A DNA stretch of 64,000 nucleotides from Sphaerodactylus townsendi (GCF_021028975.2 NC_059437.1:22630001-22694000); one strand, 5' to 3'; numbered from the stretch's first letter, positions 22,701 to 42,954 are shown. A program made the numbers and translations. Notes: generated from the letters alone by a model not told the origin.

Positions 22701-25700
22701 CATTTCTTGCCTGTATGAGCAGAACTAACATTCTGGCCTACTCATGGGGATAAGCAGTGTGTTATGTGAAACTGGCCCTTGAACCCATTTTATTAAGTTG
22801 GGGGTGGAGGGGGGGGTCCTGTTCTTAACAACTAACAATGATTTTAGGAATTTTTTTCAATGAATAAATAGGTCTCGAGTATCCTGCCATCGTGGAATTT
22901 GCACCATTTCAGAAAGCTGCCAAAAAGAAGAGTAAGAAAAAGGATGCCAAAGCTGGGACCATTGAAGATGGTTAGTAACCACTGTAGCTTATTGTGTGAG
23001 ATTTTAGTTGGCGTGCTAATGGAGAATAAGTGCATTGGTGGACTTTGTGGATACATTAAGGCAGTGGCTGCAATAGTAGAAAAGGTGAATAAAAATGTAT
23101 ATATAATGACTTGCCTGGCAACTTGAGGCTCTATTGCCATATCACACATAACCTGTTGTATCTCTTTGCTCACAAGATTTTATGAGGCACAGAGTACAGA
23201 AGCAACAGCTTCTTCAGATTGTTCTCATAGTTTTAGTCAGTAATTACCCTAGGTACAAAATAAATGTGGCATATGCTTGGTTTTTTATTACATCACCTCT
23301 CCCAATTCGTATCTGATCTTGCTGGTAGAACTAATAACTTCTGATTTATTTTTTTTTCTGAATGACAGATGCAGAGGTATATGGCTGTTTGTGATGTGTA
23401 CATTTTTATTCCTCATCAGATCCAGAGTATAAGAAATTCCTGGAGAGCTACAGCGCTGACGATGAAAAGCTAGCGTCTACCCCTGAGACTCTGCTGGAAG
23501 AAATAGAGGCAAGAAACAAAGAACTGATAGGTACGAAAAGAATTTTACCATTGTGAATCTTAGCATGCTTCCTTTAGAATACTTGGTATTTTTTGTATAT
23601 GTTTGAAGAGCAATATAGTCCTTATTATCTCTGCTGCTATTACAAAGATCATATTTCTGAGTGATCACTTTAATTCTCAGCGACAGAGAGGGACTGTATT
23701 AAACATAGTTCAAAACAGTGAATGCAACTCTCATGCTCTTTGCCATGGTGATATTTTTGCCTGAACCAGAAACAAACACTGAAAGGACATGCTGCTTGTC
23801 ACCTATGACAGATAGCATCCTTTCTGGTAGTATTTTAACATTAACATGTTAACTGCAACAGAGCTTTTGCAGGTACAAATGGTGACAAGTGGGAAAAGCT
23901 AGTTTAAGCATATTCCGTATAATTTTTTTAGCATTACTCTACAAACTTCTTTTTGAAAGTTGTATCTTATCCAAGTCTATGGTTGTTTTTGAATGCAGTG
24001 TGCTTATCTGTCTGTGAGCAGATTTCTGTCAGTAGACATTATGAATAGTGTAAAGCTCCGTCTCTGCTGAAGTCTGCCTGGTTGTTCCAGTTTTGCTAAA
24101 TGGTTTTGTAGATAGACTCTTTATATACTGACCAATGGATTGACAGCCCTGGAATAATTAATTCACAGCTGTAGTACATGAAGGAAGATACAACAAAAGA
24201 GAAGTCCTGTAACAAGCAATCATTATGAACACCAATTAGGCTTTCTAAGGCAGTGTGTTCTAGAATGCTATGTCTGTTTGTTTGGAAGATAGACTGACTG
24301 AGTCCAATGGGACTTACTCCTAAAATAACTGTGCAGACTAGCAGTTAATAGAACTGTGGTTGACTTTTGTATTGGGAGGTTTTAAGCTAATTTTTATAGT
24401 TACTGTGGCAATAACATTCTTTCTTTTTCAATTTTTAGCAAAAAAGACCACTCCTCTGTTGAACTTCTTGAAAAACAAGCAGGTGAGTATTCTTCCATAG
24501 CTAGAGAAAGGAATGGGTTGGACTCTTCTGATCTTGCACATAGGTATTTTCTACTTTCTTTGGATAGAAAATCAAGATCATTATGTCCACCCCATCCTAA
24601 TTTAATAACTCTGGCTGTTCACTTTTGGTACTGAAGTTTGGGATAAATACAGTGGTTTTCCAAATCTTCTTAAGTGCTTTTGTGAGTAATTTTTTCAAGA
24701 TGTATATTTGCCTTAAAAAAACCCCCATAATTATATATTCAGTTCACATACACAGTCTTAGGAGGGTGGGGGTGGGGATTTCCTAAGCAAGAGCCTAGAA
24801 GGAAGGGTTTTTTCCTCTTATCTCATTTTGCCCTTCCAGAGGCTGAGAGAAGAAAAACGAGAGGAGAGGCGGAGGCGGGAATTAGAGAGAAAAAGACAAA
24901 GGGAAGAAGAGAGGAGGAAATGGAAAGAGGAAGAAAGGAGGAAAAGGAAAGAAGCTGAAAAAACAAAGAAGGTGGAGAGATTTCCAGAGAAAGAAAGGGA
25001 CAGATCCAAGGATGAACCAAAGATTAAGGTATCGCTTCGTTCCTGGCGGATATACACTGCCCTCATGCACACATTTGCAAAATGTTGTGTCTAGGCAAAT
25101 CTGTACTCTGAATGTGGTTCAGTAGTATTTGTGTGCCTTTGTTTATACGTGTGTACAGTCTTTTAAGGTTGCTGTCCTGCCTGCATTTTCAGACAACTGC
25201 TCATAATAAAAACATAATAACTCTGTTGGGTGCATTTGGTTTATGCTTTAATCTGAAGAATCCTTGATGGGTGTTAGGCAGGACATGAATTTCCTTATGC
25301 ATAGATACCGCACAACAGTCTTCTCAGTATACATAGCCTGGTTGAAACCAGTACTTCAGGTGCACAGGATGAAATGACTTGCAATGCAGTCCTATGCAGA
25401 GTTACTCCAGGCTAAACTGACTGAAATCAAGGAGCTTAAGAGTAGAGAAAATCAGAATTGCATTTCTTCTCTCACCATCCCCACAAAGCTTTCAAAATCT
25501 GTAAGTGTGTTTGCTCACATTCGTCCTTTGTTTCCCTGCCTTCTCCCTTTGTTATGTTAACTCCTCCACTGTTGAAATCTAGCATGCAAACTCCCATGAG
25601 TGGGATCGCGCTTGTTGTTGATACGCGATTCTTGAAAGTGGCATGTATGTTGAAGGCATTGCATTAGCAAACACATCATGTCAGTGACGTTATCATTAGG

Positions 25701-27874
25701 AGTGACAAGATTACCTTTTTTCATTGGTAATTTATTAAAGTATATCAAAAGTACTAAGTACAAAATAGAATAAATCTGTACAAAATGCAGGTAAGTTGCC
25801 AGCAGCCAAGCATAATAGAAATAACTAGCTCCAGTAATATTACCTGCTGTTCATGTATTACACAAAAGCTGCCCTTGTAATGACGGACTGTCCCCTTAGC
25901 ACAGGTTAGCTTTAGAGTTAATTTAGTAAGGAAAAAGACTAAATTTGTTTTCTTCCTAGCTACTTAAGAAGCCAGAAAAAGATGAAAGAGATTTTGAAAA
26001 AAAGGAAAAGGCCAAGAAACTGGAGAAGGAGAGTCTGAGGGAGGAAAAGGCTACCAGCGCAATCAGCAGTGCGACAGCCAAGCGCTCCGATGGGGAGGTT
26101 AAAGAGGAGAAGGCCAAAAAGTTAGTGTTCTCTTTTCAGTACGTATCCTTGTTTCGCAGAATATGTTGGTTAATTAGGTTGTCTTATCGAGGAACTGCTC
26201 TTGAATTAAATTTTGCTAGCATTCCAAAGTGGAACTGCAGAAGGTAAACGGATAATCTGGAGCAAATAACCGAACAATTCACTGTTTGGTCTTTCAAGCA
26301 GTTTACAAATATTTCCAAGTAGTTCGTAAATGATGTAATTAAATTAGAGCTTATTCACATGATATGCTTAAATTGAACTGTGACAAAGCAGGTCTTAGAA
26401 ACTATGTATATCTTACAAGTATACTTATCAAGATGTTGGAATGGCTTCTCACTCTCTATTGAGTGAACATGCAATAGCAAGTTTGGATTTGTTATGTAAT
26501 GTGTGGAGTGGTCTTAAGAAATCTGATATCTGTTAGACTCATCTGTAGTTACCTTGCCTAAATTAAAAGAGTGCATGTGGTCTTCGGTTGTGGCTTTTGG
26601 TATTATCGTTTGAACTAATACATAAACTTTGCCTAATGTTGTCATGATGCTTAGTTATCAGTGCTGAAGCTCTTTTGTTTCATTGTCTAGGACTTCAGTT
26701 TAATTTTCAAATCTCTCTTTGAGCAGATTGGAAGATGAATGCTGCAAAGACTATAGGGAAAGAGAGCGAGAGTATGACCGGGACCGAGAGTATGAGAGAA
26801 TCCAGCGTGACAGGGACAAGGTCAGGCGCCAAGAAGATGATCGACGGAGGCAGAAAGAACGCTTTGAGAAAGAGAAGCTGTTCAGAAGAAAGGAGGAAGA
26901 TGTGAAAAAGGAAAGAGACTCTGTGCGAGAGAAAGGAAAGCGATCTGAACTTGCTGACTATCTGGGCAATATGGAGAAACCTGAGAAAGTAACCAAAGAG
27001 GATAAAAGAGAAGATATGGCTAAGAGGGATCGCATTAGAAACAAGGTGCTGTTTCTTTGATTTGTTTTCGCCCTTTGCCAGGCTGCGCATTTAGTTTTTG
27101 TGATAGGTTTTTTGAACAGGAAAGGGTGTGATGGACAGCCACAAATCCATGTATGTTAATATAAAATAAGGTCTACATGTTAATTTATCATGTAGCTTAC
27201 TTCTAACTAAGGTGAATCTAGTTGCAGTTAACATCCTTTTTTCAGGCAGTTTTTTGTAATGACAAGGCATAATTCTTATATAACAGCTGAACATTGGGAT
27301 TGGCACCTGAGCTTCCAAAATGTTTGTGTTTGAGCTCTACACAGTGCAGTGTGTGCTGGAGTACATCACTGTGGTTTAAAAGGGTTATTTGTAGTTTGTT
27401 TACTGTACTCAGTTCAACAGCTCTACAAATCATTGGCTTATCTGTGGCTTCTCATTAACAGTGTTCATGCGTATGTCTGTTTTTAAATCCTGCTCTTCCT
27501 CCAAAGAGTTGAGGCTAAGATATGAGTGACTCTCCAGCCTCTCCTCCTCCACCCCACCCCCCCCCCCAAAAAGTTAGGCTGAAAGATAGTGACTAGTCTA
27601 AATTGTCCCAGTGAGATTCAAGGATGAGAGATAGCTTGAACTCAGGTCCCCCTGACTGAAGTCCAACACTGATCTTCATTAAACTGGAAGCAAAGCATCA
27701 CAACAGAATGTATTGTTAATGTTTCAGGATCGCCCAGCCATGCAGCTCTACCAGCCAGGGGCTCGAAACCGGAGTCGGTTATGTGCCTACAATGAAAGCC
27801 CTTCAAAGCCATCTGATCAGGGAGCAGATAAAAAGCTGGAATGTGAGATGAGTAATGCAAAAGAGGAAGACTGA
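19758..27874 (+). CDS. UPF3B: Regulator of nonsense transcripts 3B (NMD factor), 480 aa, 10 coding exons
   Basis: Exons 19758-19916, 21442-21548, 21700-21806 (GC donor), 22872-22970, 23420-23530, 24439-24482, 24840-25028, 25960-26120, 26727-27045, 27728-27874 (1443 nt). RRM KVVIRRLPPSLTKEQL...FRDRFDGYVF...EYPAIVEFAPFQK; KKTTPLL; EJC-binding motif RIRNKDRPAMQLYQPGAR. AATAAA at 28644 and 29392. Confidence 0.97.
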
Positions 27875-29823
27875 TGAGCCGTGGATTTTTGGACCGACTT
27901 GAGAGCCAAAGAGCATGAACTGTGAAGTCCAGAAGTGCCTTGAAGGAGGAAGAGGGGGAAAAGGGGGCCGTACTTTTGGATGTCTCCGGTTTCAACGCCT
28001 CAATGCAGAGTCAAGACTCAAATTGTATTTTCTCAGTTCGTTGTTGGGGTAGGAAGAGGAGATGGTGATTGTGGCAGCGAACAAGGGGGCAGAAAGCTGT
28101 CCATTTCTCAGAAATAAGGCTTAATTACCCCCCTCAATAAGTCATGTGACTAATAGTATCTCAGCGCCACGCTCTTTGAAATAGTAGCCATGTTACCAGT
28201 ATTTGCACTTAAATACAGCCATCTTGGACCCTCAGGATTGCTCATGTGTTAATGCCTTTATCATTGCGCTGTGTGGAATTTGTAACTAAACATGCAGGGG
28301 GTTCTATCGTTGAGAGAGGTTTTTATACGTGGAGCTGCTTGCAGCCGGTTGCAAAATGGATCTTTAGAACAAGAGGCAGCTAAGCTTTGCTTTTTTCTGC
28401 TTGTGACACCTATAAAATCTTCACTGAAATGAGAGTAATTTTTTAATTCATATCTTGTAATATCCAGATATGATGCAACTTCATTTAGCTGTGTAGCTTC
28501 TTTCCAGCTTTTCCTAGAGCTGTAGGGAAAACATTCCATTTCAGTTCTGCATTGTCTTTCCTGGGGCATTAGAGTGTCTTGCAACTTTTACAAAGAGTTG
28601 CTGCTCCTCCTCTATGCTAACACAACACAGCTATTTTGTACTTAATAAAACTCTTTGAGAGATACCATTTAAAACTTGCTTAAATTATTTCTGGCATGGG
28701 CATGCAATTTCTAATTTTCTTTCTGATGTGGTCTTCTGAATTGCTCAGTCCAAAGATGCTCCTGGTAGTTCATTTAAATCCATATGCTGCCTTCTTGCTG
28801 GGTTAGTGCTCTATTAAAGTCAGTTATTACATTGCACCTCCTATTCATTACCTTGTCATACCAAAAGTCACAGCTCTAAAGCTTTCCTACAGAATGCAGT
28901 ACGAGGGTGTATCAAAATAATCAATTTATATATATAAGTTGACTTCTTGCTTGTCTTTAAAGCTAAGGCAACATAGTGGCTGTAGAAGTCCCTGCTTCAA
29001 ATGTTAGCTCTGCCATTAACTTGTTAGATAGCTTGAGGCCATTCACTCTCACTGCCTTAGTTCAGTCCTCCGCTTGCAATGTGAAGATAATAGACACTGC
29101 TGACCTTTACAGGTTTGTCAGTAAGGATATAAAAACTAGAAACAACTTAGAACACTGTAAAATACTGCACAGTGAATTAGCAGTATTTATTACTAAGGTT
29201 AGCCTTGTCCCATGCACAAATGAGGTAGATCTAATTTGATTTGCAGCCTGGGAGACGCTGTGCTAAGGCTGCTGTATTAGATGCAGTGGAGTGTAGATGG
29301 TGCTTAGAGGCCTAGCCGAAATTGTCTTCTTACAACAAGAAAGGTTTGATTTTTGAAATGTATGTTGCACCTCTACCCCATAAACCTTGTGAATAAAGGT
29401 TTACTTCCACCACCACCCCAATTTGTATTTGTTAGAGATTGAGCCCTGGTACAAATCGAGTTCCAATCAAAATGCAAAATAGCAAATAGTTCTGTGGTCC
29501 AGATGAAGCAAAAGACGTATCAAGATTAAGAACGTATCACAATTAGAATAATATATTGTCCGTGTGTATGTTTAAAGTGCCATCAAGTCGAACCAGACAG
29601 ACACAATACATTACTCCCACCTCAATCGTAGCCGACTTGCTCTGCAAAAGCAGAGGCGGCTCCAGCAGTTGACGCCAGAGGAGCAAACGTGCGTGTGCGT
29701 TTTCTGTGATCCGCGTTTCGCCAGGGGTTTAAATGTTTCTTGAAAAGCACCAGGGGTCGCTGTAGCGGAGGAAACTCTAGCCCGCTGCTTCCTGTGCGCT
29801 CTCTCTGATCATTCAACGCTCCG

Positions 29824-29846
29824 CCTCTCCTTTCTCTCTTCCTCGG
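29824..29846 (+). promoter_or_regulatory. RPL39 TCT initiator / 5'TOP pyrimidine tract within a CpG island
   Basis: cctctcctttctctcttcctc ~40-55 nt upstream of the RPL39 ATG. Confidence 0.7.
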
Positions 29847-29880
29847 CGACATTGTAGTGACCGGTCGGCCCGTCTTCACC

Positions 29881-36967
<7,087 letters not shown>

Positions 36968-38160
36968 AGAGAAGTGGCCCCAACCCTCACTACACGTCCT
37001 GCATCAAGACCTCAGATGGCCCTTTGCTACCAATCTGCCACAGACGTGTTCGCAAAGCTGTCTCACGTTGTGCATATTTTCTTTTATAAACCTTTATTTT
37101 CACAAAGAGTTTATTGAAAGAATTAAAACCGAATAATGGAAAGCTTTGTGTACAATTAGTGTCCTCTTAGTTCTCGGTGCTTCTGTTTGAGAAATTCTTG
37201 TTACTGGTGGAAAAGAGGTTCATTAATAAATATGAGATTGCACACAGTCTAGTGAATTAGTGATTTGTGGTTGGGTTTACGAGTTACACTTGCTGCACAC
37301 AGGGGAGTTGGCAACGGCACAAAAGGCTAATGGCTGTGAAATTGGCACCTATTGGAGGGAGGCTGGAAACTTCCCACTGCGTCTTAGTGAGTGAATAGCT
37401 TGAAACAAGCAGTCCTCTGTGCCAATATGGTATTGAGAAACATGTTCCTCGGGAGCTGAAAACGCCATTCGATTGGCTGCAGAAGGCCCAAACAGAGGCT
37501 GAGAAAAAGAGAACTAAAAGGAACAAGGACCCCTCCTCCACCCCCAAAAAGAGAATTGCTTAGAAGCCATGAAAGAGTCCTAGGGGCTTGCTCTGTTAAA
37601 GGGAAAGTGTAATTCAGTTAGCATGACAGCTCTAGAATTTTTAGGAGGCTCAAAAAGTTTGTTCCTTGGTGAAACATACTTGTGTAATGCTTGCCATACA
37701 GTATTATTAGAAGGTGAAAGCATAACCATTTTTTTCCACTTTCAGTCAGGCTAGGGAGAATCAAATCAAAGAATAATGCCAAGTGAAGAGGGGGCTTGTA
37801 CAAATTGGACTAAAATAGCTAATATGCAAACTGACATGTTACAAAACTCCAGTCCTTGTTGCAAAATGGGCTGTGTTTGCCAAGTCCTTCCACATTAATT
37901 TAGCATTCAGATACTGGAGATACCTGCAAGATCATTGAATGTTCAGTTCTCAAGAAGTCATCTCTGGAGTTCTCATATTTTCAAATCATCATGCTGTTCT
38001 AGCATTTCTTGGTGATCATGCAGTATACAAGTCCTTCTAATCAAGGCTGAGGACTTGAGAATACATTTGATTTCCCTCAGTTCTCAAAAAAATAACTTTG
38101 TGGGACATCTACCATAGTTAAAAGTGATTGCTTTTGTAAGTGTATAAGTTAAGACCTATT

Positions 38161-38363
38161 TCCTTCCTTGCCCTTTATTTATGCTGTGAATTCCCCCTCC
38201 TATGTTGGTGTGCATATGGTCCCTGTTTTTAAACACAAACATCACCAGCACTGTGACAGTGACTATAAACCTACCTGTAGCAGATGAAATTTTGAAACAC
38301 ACACAATACTCTGGATTAATATGCCTTGTGTGCTTTATTTGAGAGTGCTCCAATTGATCACCA
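38161..38363. repeat. ~200-bp local duplication, copy 1
   Basis: Aligns by eye at high identity to 39757-39964. Confidence 0.85.
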
Positions 38364-38466
38364 AGTGCATAGTAAAAATAATAGTGAAAACAACCTTTAT
38401 GGTACATTCTGTTTACTACTAGATGTAAGTTGGCATTTTAAATTATCTCAAACTTTCTCCCATTTA

Positions 38467-38662
38467 GTAGTGGTTAAGAGCAGCAGACTGGAGAACCAAG
38501 TTTGATTCTCCATTCCTCCACTTGAAGCCTGCTGGGTGACCTTGGGACAGTCACAGTTCTTAACGCAACCCACACAGAGGTAGGCAGTGGCAAACCACCA
38601 CTGAAAGTGTCTTGCCTTGAAAACCCTGCAGGGTCACTATAAGTCAGATGTGACTTGAAAAG
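38467..38662 (+). mobile_element. Sauria-SINE-like element
   Basis: tRNA-like head plus Bov-B/RTE-like tail ggcaaaccaccactg...tcttgccttgaaaaccc...gacttgaa; the same tail occurs at 14126-14204. Confidence 0.6.
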
Positions 38663-39756
38663 TGCAACTGCAGGCATTTGGGAGTAGGTAAAGCATGACA
38701 TTAAATGAACTGAGGGGTTCTCTAGTAAGGTAATAATTTGGTACCATGCTGTTGAATAGCATACACAGCAGAGATTGTGCTGTTGGGCAATGAAACAATT
38801 TCCTGTTTTTTTGCTGAAACTACACTAGGTGCATAGTTAAAATGCCAGGGGTTTAAATGCCTCAAGTAGGCAATACCCGTATTGAAGTAAAGGTGCAAAG
38901 AGCAGGAGGCAGCACAGGGCATCCCCACAAGGTAAATTTGATGGAACCGTGTGCTTAACAAAATATTGTCAATTCTGCCACCAAAATTCCAGCTGCTCAT
39001 ACACCTTTCCAGTCATGACAAAATCTGCCCCAAATTAGTGACATGCAAGGGACTGAAAAGCATGCCTAGGAATGAACCCATTTGTGGAACAAGTGTCTTT
39101 TCAAGAGATGCAGTTTACTGGTATGTTCACACTGCAAATCTTAAGCCACTTTTAGGTCTTCAAGCATAGCTTGCAACTAAGGAAACCTGGGCACCAGTTC
39201 TGTACTCCCAAGAAGTCTTAGCAGCCACACCAAACAACATTCTCCAGGCTGCTTGGCAGGACTTCTTGTTATTCCACACAACTGGTAGCAGTCTACAACA
39301 CAGAAGATCAGAGCCCTGAGAAAATGTAAACATGACTTCATGCATGGTGCTGAGTCTCCTTTCTGTGAGAAGCATGCTCGTGCAATGCATTATGCATTGC
39401 AAATTGGGTGGGGTGATCCAGGTGCATTCTGCAAGTGCTCCCAGCTCTCGAAAAGCGAAGCAGTAATATCGACCCAGGCTAGAGATTGTACTGCTTCTGT
39501 GATGCTGTTTAGATGTTAAGTGTGTGTCACTGGCACTTGTTGGCTCATAACTGTAACATCACTTTTTCAAGCGTACACCTTATCACACGATACCTGTTTC
39601 ATTGCTGAATGTTTACATTTTTTGTTTTAAAATTCTGCTGTTAAAGCATAGTAGCCTCACAGAATGGGAACACCGTCATCTATAGCTTAGGGGGAGAAAT
39701 ACTTATGAAGGGCTATCCTCTTCATCCTAGCAAATACTTGTCAGTTAAGACTGATA

Positions 39757-39964
39757 TCCTTCCTCCCTCCCTTATTTATACTGTGAATTCCCCCTCTCCT
39801 ATGTTGGAGGGCATATGGTCCCTGTTTTTAAACACAAACATCACCACCACTGTGACAGTGAGTCTATAAACCTACCTGTAGCAGATGAAATTTTAAAATA
39901 CATACAATACTCTGAATTAATATGCCTTGTGAGCTTTATTTGAGAGTGCTCCAATTGATCACCA
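39757..39964. repeat. ~200-bp local duplication, copy 2 (contains the likely SOWAHD poly(A) signal)
   Basis: gcatatggtccctgtttttaaacacaaacatcacc...gctttatttgagagtgctccaattgatcacca is shared with 38161-38363. Confidence 0.85.
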
Positions 39965-40528
39965 TGTACATCCACATTTTCAGACAAGCAGATCTGCAGA
40001 ATTTCTGATTAGAAAAAGATACTTTTCAAAGTGTGTGGGTGATGCTTATGGGAAACCTGGGTAGCTGAAGGATGGCCTGTCCAAGATTTCCAAGCATGAG
40101 GTTTTAATTGCTCAGTACTGTTCCCTGCCACACCCAAACCCAGAATAAATTATACAAATTAAGAATCTATACAGATCAGTTAAATTCACATACACATGTT
40201 ACAGAAGTTCTCCTTCCCTGACTCAGTACTTTGGGATTTGTTTTTAAACTATGTACATGTAATCTTTCCAATGGACTGTTTTTAGCAGTGTATGTCCTTT
40301 CTAGTTCATGTGCGAGTACCCTTGTCTTCTTCAAGACTATGGCCCATACCTAAGGCCAAACTGCAAGACTGGACAGGTTTGCTGAAGCCAGCATCTTACA
40401 AGATAACCTCTACGTGTCCTCATCTACCTCCAACAATTCCTCCCACAGCATTCTCACCATTTCATGATGGCTTCAGTCAAAATCTGCACCGCAGACAGAC
40501 CCAAGTGCCTCCACCACTGAGCAAATGT

Positions 40529-41581
40529 CTACAGCTCTTGGAAGAATGCCACTGCTTGTCTGAACAGGTTCCTTAAAGAGTTCAGCCTGGTGAGGGGCCT
40601 GTGGCTGTTCTCTTCCCCTTGAACGTCCTTGCAGTCTCCTTTGAACCTGTTGCTCCCACCACGTCTGGATGACACACAGTTGTTGTTGGTGTTGCACGCT
40701 CCTAGCAGGGCCAAGTCTTCATCGCAAGCCCCCAGAAGCTCCTTCAACTCCCTTGGAGCATCTGCTCGGAGGTACTGCCACGCTTTGCACCCATTGTGGT
40801 CCCGAAGGCTTGTGTTGGCCCCGTAGGCGCCCACCAGTACCTTGATGACCATCTCATGTCCCTGAAGAGCGGCCAGGTGCAGAGGAGTGAGCCTGCCACT
40901 AGCTGTGAATACGTTGACATCTACCGGGTAATTCTGCTTCTCGGCAAAAGTGATGACTTCTATCAAGTCCTCGTGGTGACCATGTTTGGCCAACCAGTGG
41001 AGGACAGTGAAGCCAGTCACAAAGTCTGTCCTGGAGAACAGGCTGGGATCCTGGTCCAGCAGCCGGAGGATGCTCTCTGCATCTCCCTGGGCCACAGTCA
41101 ACATCCACTCATGCTCCAGTGGGTCCAGAGCTAAAGACAAGTCCTCAAAGTTGGCTTCCAGAAGAGAGTCATGGCCTTGCTGCCCGTCAGAGAGGCTGCT
41201 GGCATTGGTGTCTCCCTTCGACAAAGCTGCCAGCCACACGGGTTTGGCCTCGCTGCTCTGAAGGAGGATCTCTTTCAGTCCTTTCCTCCTCGTGCTGCCT
41301 CCAGCCACGGAGAGCCTGGCTGAGTCTGTGCCCGTTGGCCAGTGATGTGAACGCCTGCTGGCCCTGCTCAGGCTCCTGTTGAAATTGGACTGCTGCGCTC
41401 GGCGGAGAATCAAGCTCCCAGGCCGGAGGCTGGTGCTGGGGGACTGGCTGCCCACAGATGCCTGCATCTGACTCCGGGAGCTGTCCTCTGGTGCACATGG
41501 CTTGAGCTTCTGGGATGTCTGCTGTCTGTCCAAGCATCCACCCCTTTGCTGTTCTGACATATTCTCTCCACCGAACTCCAT
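40529..41581 (-). CDS. SOWAHD: Ankyrin repeat domain-containing protein SOWAHD, 350 aa, intronless CDS
   Basis: LDPLEHEWML, ankyrin repeats DFVTGFTVLHWLAKHGH and GRLTPLHLAALQGH..VIKVLVGAYGA..LRDHNGCKAWQYL are typical of the SOWAH family; syntenic position between RPL39 and SEPTIN6. Confidence 0.92.
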   Translation of the reverse strand: MEFGGENMSEQQRGGCLDRQQTSQKLKPCAPEDSSRSQMQASVGSQSPSTSLRPGSLILRRAQQSNFNRSLSRASRRSHHWPTGTDSARLSVAGGSTRRKGLKEILLQSSEAKPVWLAALSKGDTNASSLSDGQQGHDSLLEANFEDLSLALDPLEHEWMLTVAQGDAESILRLLDQDPSLFSRTDFVTGFTVLHWLAKHGHHEDLIEVITFAEKQNYPVDVNVFTASGRLTPLHLAALQGHEMVIKVLVGAYGANTSLRDHNGCKAWQYLRADAPRELKELLGACDEDLALLGACNTNNNCVSSRRGGSNRFKGDCKDVQGEENSHRPLTRLNSLRNLFRQAVAFFQEL

Positions 41582-42954
41582 TATTCCTCCAAAGTTTCCT
41601 ACATTTCCGGCGACAAGTAAAGTTTTATTTTTTGCAAAGCCGCAAGCGTTGTTTTCCGGCTAGTAAGATGGGTGCTCCTGAGCTTTTGACTGCAGCGCTT
41701 CCTGATTCTGTTTGCAAAGGGGAAGAAACAGTTTCGGTTACTCAGGGGGAACAAAGTGTTTGTGGTGAAAAGAGCTGCCACAGCCTGGTCTGCAGCAAAG
41801 CAGGTTGAGATTCCGTGGCAGGATACGTTTGCTTTTGTTGATCGGGACTCTTGGAAAGACCTTTTGTTCAGAGTGGGTTGTTGTGATCCTGCCTGTAAAT
41901 TTCTCTGCCTCTCAGCCCTTTCCAAATACTTGCTCAAAATCCAGTCCTCTCTTCCATATTTCTAAAGTCTGATTTAAGCTATATTCTGTTCTACAAAAAG
42001 ATGATAGTAGGGTTGTATATTCCTCCGCCACAGCACAAAGCATGCTGGATCTTCTTTATTGCAGATTGTTCTGCCTATGTCCTAGTGCCTTCCTAGCCTT
42101 CTTCTCCCCCCACCCATCCATTTAAAAGTAAAAATACACTTTGGCATAAATGCTCTTGTAGCAAAGTACCATGTTTAATAAATCTCAAAATAATGGTTTT
42201 AACATAGGCAGCAGGTAAAAATGAATGATAATTCTCATATTCGTTTAGGACTATATTCTAATGCGGAAGCATACAATTTTCTCAACTGCTGCACCTCAAC
42301 TGACTGCATCAATTCCACTATCATCCTTCTGTGGAACAAAGTATAATGCTGACTAACGTGAAAGCACTTTCTCCTGGGACTTCACACTCACCTGGCTTCA
42401 CCTTTAAACTAGGTTCCTACCTGTGAAAAGCATCTGCACAGCCCATGTAGCTACTTTTCAAGGGTAAGAGCTCAGTTTGAACAAGAAGAACCTGGGCCTG
42501 TGCAAAGTTCCACAGAAGAATCTTTTTGTCTTGTCTTTGCTAGGACAACTTTTGAAACTTGGACAGGAGAGTAAACCCAATTTTTTAAAAATGTCTGGAG
42601 ACAGTCAATAGTTGTCATCAGTGTGTCTGCAGCAAGCCTTCATTACCCAGAATTCACACACACATATTTCTGTTACTTTTGGATTGACCAAATCTGACAG
42701 GTTTTTAGGATACCAAAGACATGTTCACTAGTGTAATGTAGTTATTAAGGTGCAGAATGTGGAAGACCCAGGATCACAACCCCACTCTATCACGGAAGCT
42801 TGCTGAATGACCTTGGACCAGTCGTTCTCTCGCAACCAAGCTTCCCTCATAGGGTTGTTAATAAGAATAAAATGAAGGAGCAAAGGGCCATATGTGGTGC
42901 CTTGAGTTTATTGGAAGAAAGGCAATCACCCTTTCAAAGTGCCTTCAGCTTTGA

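Noticed and set aside
41599-41937. 112-aa ORF directly upstream of SOWAHD as an N-terminal extension
   Set aside because: TTG start, ends in a stop before the SOWAHD ATG, no SOWAH-family features.
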